A stretch of DNA of 64,000 nt from Lama glama (lineage: Eukaryota), in contig CM052817.1 in NCBI GenBank assembly GCA_028534125.1, positions 100,752,001-100,816,000 on the forward strand, read 5' to 3'. Positions 63,791 through 64,000 of this stretch are shown in pieces. The notes under the pieces were generated by a model that was not told where the DNA came from, searched no databases, and saw nothing but the letters and a program-made list of their open reading frames with translations. Position numbers and translations under genes: made by a program. Position 1 is the stretch's first letter. Every line of letters begins with the position of its first letter.

Positions 63791-64000
63791 TCAGTGGCAT
63801 CTTCGGGGAAGCCTTCTAGTACCTTCTCTATCCAGGATTTCTGACTGGCTTCCTCTCCCACTGACCCTTCTAAGCTCTCCAGTAGCCACTGCTAAGGGCC
63901 CCTGTTCTGTTCAGGAAACCCTTGTCTCCCCGCCCCTCCCCGGGCGGGGGGCGCTGCTTTAGGGAGTCACCTGGTAAAAGCCCTGATCCAAGGTCCACCC

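Noticed and set aside
1..64000. CRISPR arrays, rRNA, numt, processed pseudogene or prokaryote-like system
   Set aside because: I saw no repeat-spacer array, long ORF, mitochondrial or rRNA-like sequence; the window reads as ordinary mammalian nuclear DNA.

Overview
Mammalian, almost certainly camelid (alpaca/llama/camel), largely non-coding DNA. The assignment rests on eight copies of a tRNA-Ala(AGC)-derived SINE matching the camelid Vic-1 type and on several short cetartiodactyl-type L1 3' ends with clean target-site duplications (TSDs). I found no confidently supported protein-coding gene. ORF-track entries are either L1 ORF2 C-terminal remnants or appear to be chance ORFs. A weak candidate for a gene's last two exons lies at 296-370 and 1931-1942. 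Roughly the first 32 kb is AT-rich and dense in old L1M, MaLR/ERVL LTRs, L2 and DNA-transposon fossils. The remainder is more GC-rich, MIR/L2-rich, and carries repeat-poor, CpG-retaining, motif-rich blocks that look like enhancers (about 32.6-33, 36-36.6, 39.1-39.6, 47.0-47.5 and 53.4-58.1 kb). Notable structures: (1) a ~350 bp 'mini-L1' in which an L1 5' end is fused directly to an L1 3' end at a splice-like junction; (2) three short non-tandem local duplications spaced 0.8-1.2 kb apart, two of which interrupt older repeats; (3) a SINE plus L1 3' end inside one TSD; (4) an L1 with a probable 3' transduction; (5) a head-to-head SINE pair ~27 bp apart; (6) nuclear-receptor, tandem E-box and AP-1 motif clusters. 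Repeat family names come from recalled consensus sequences, not a database search, and boundaries without a TSD are approximate.
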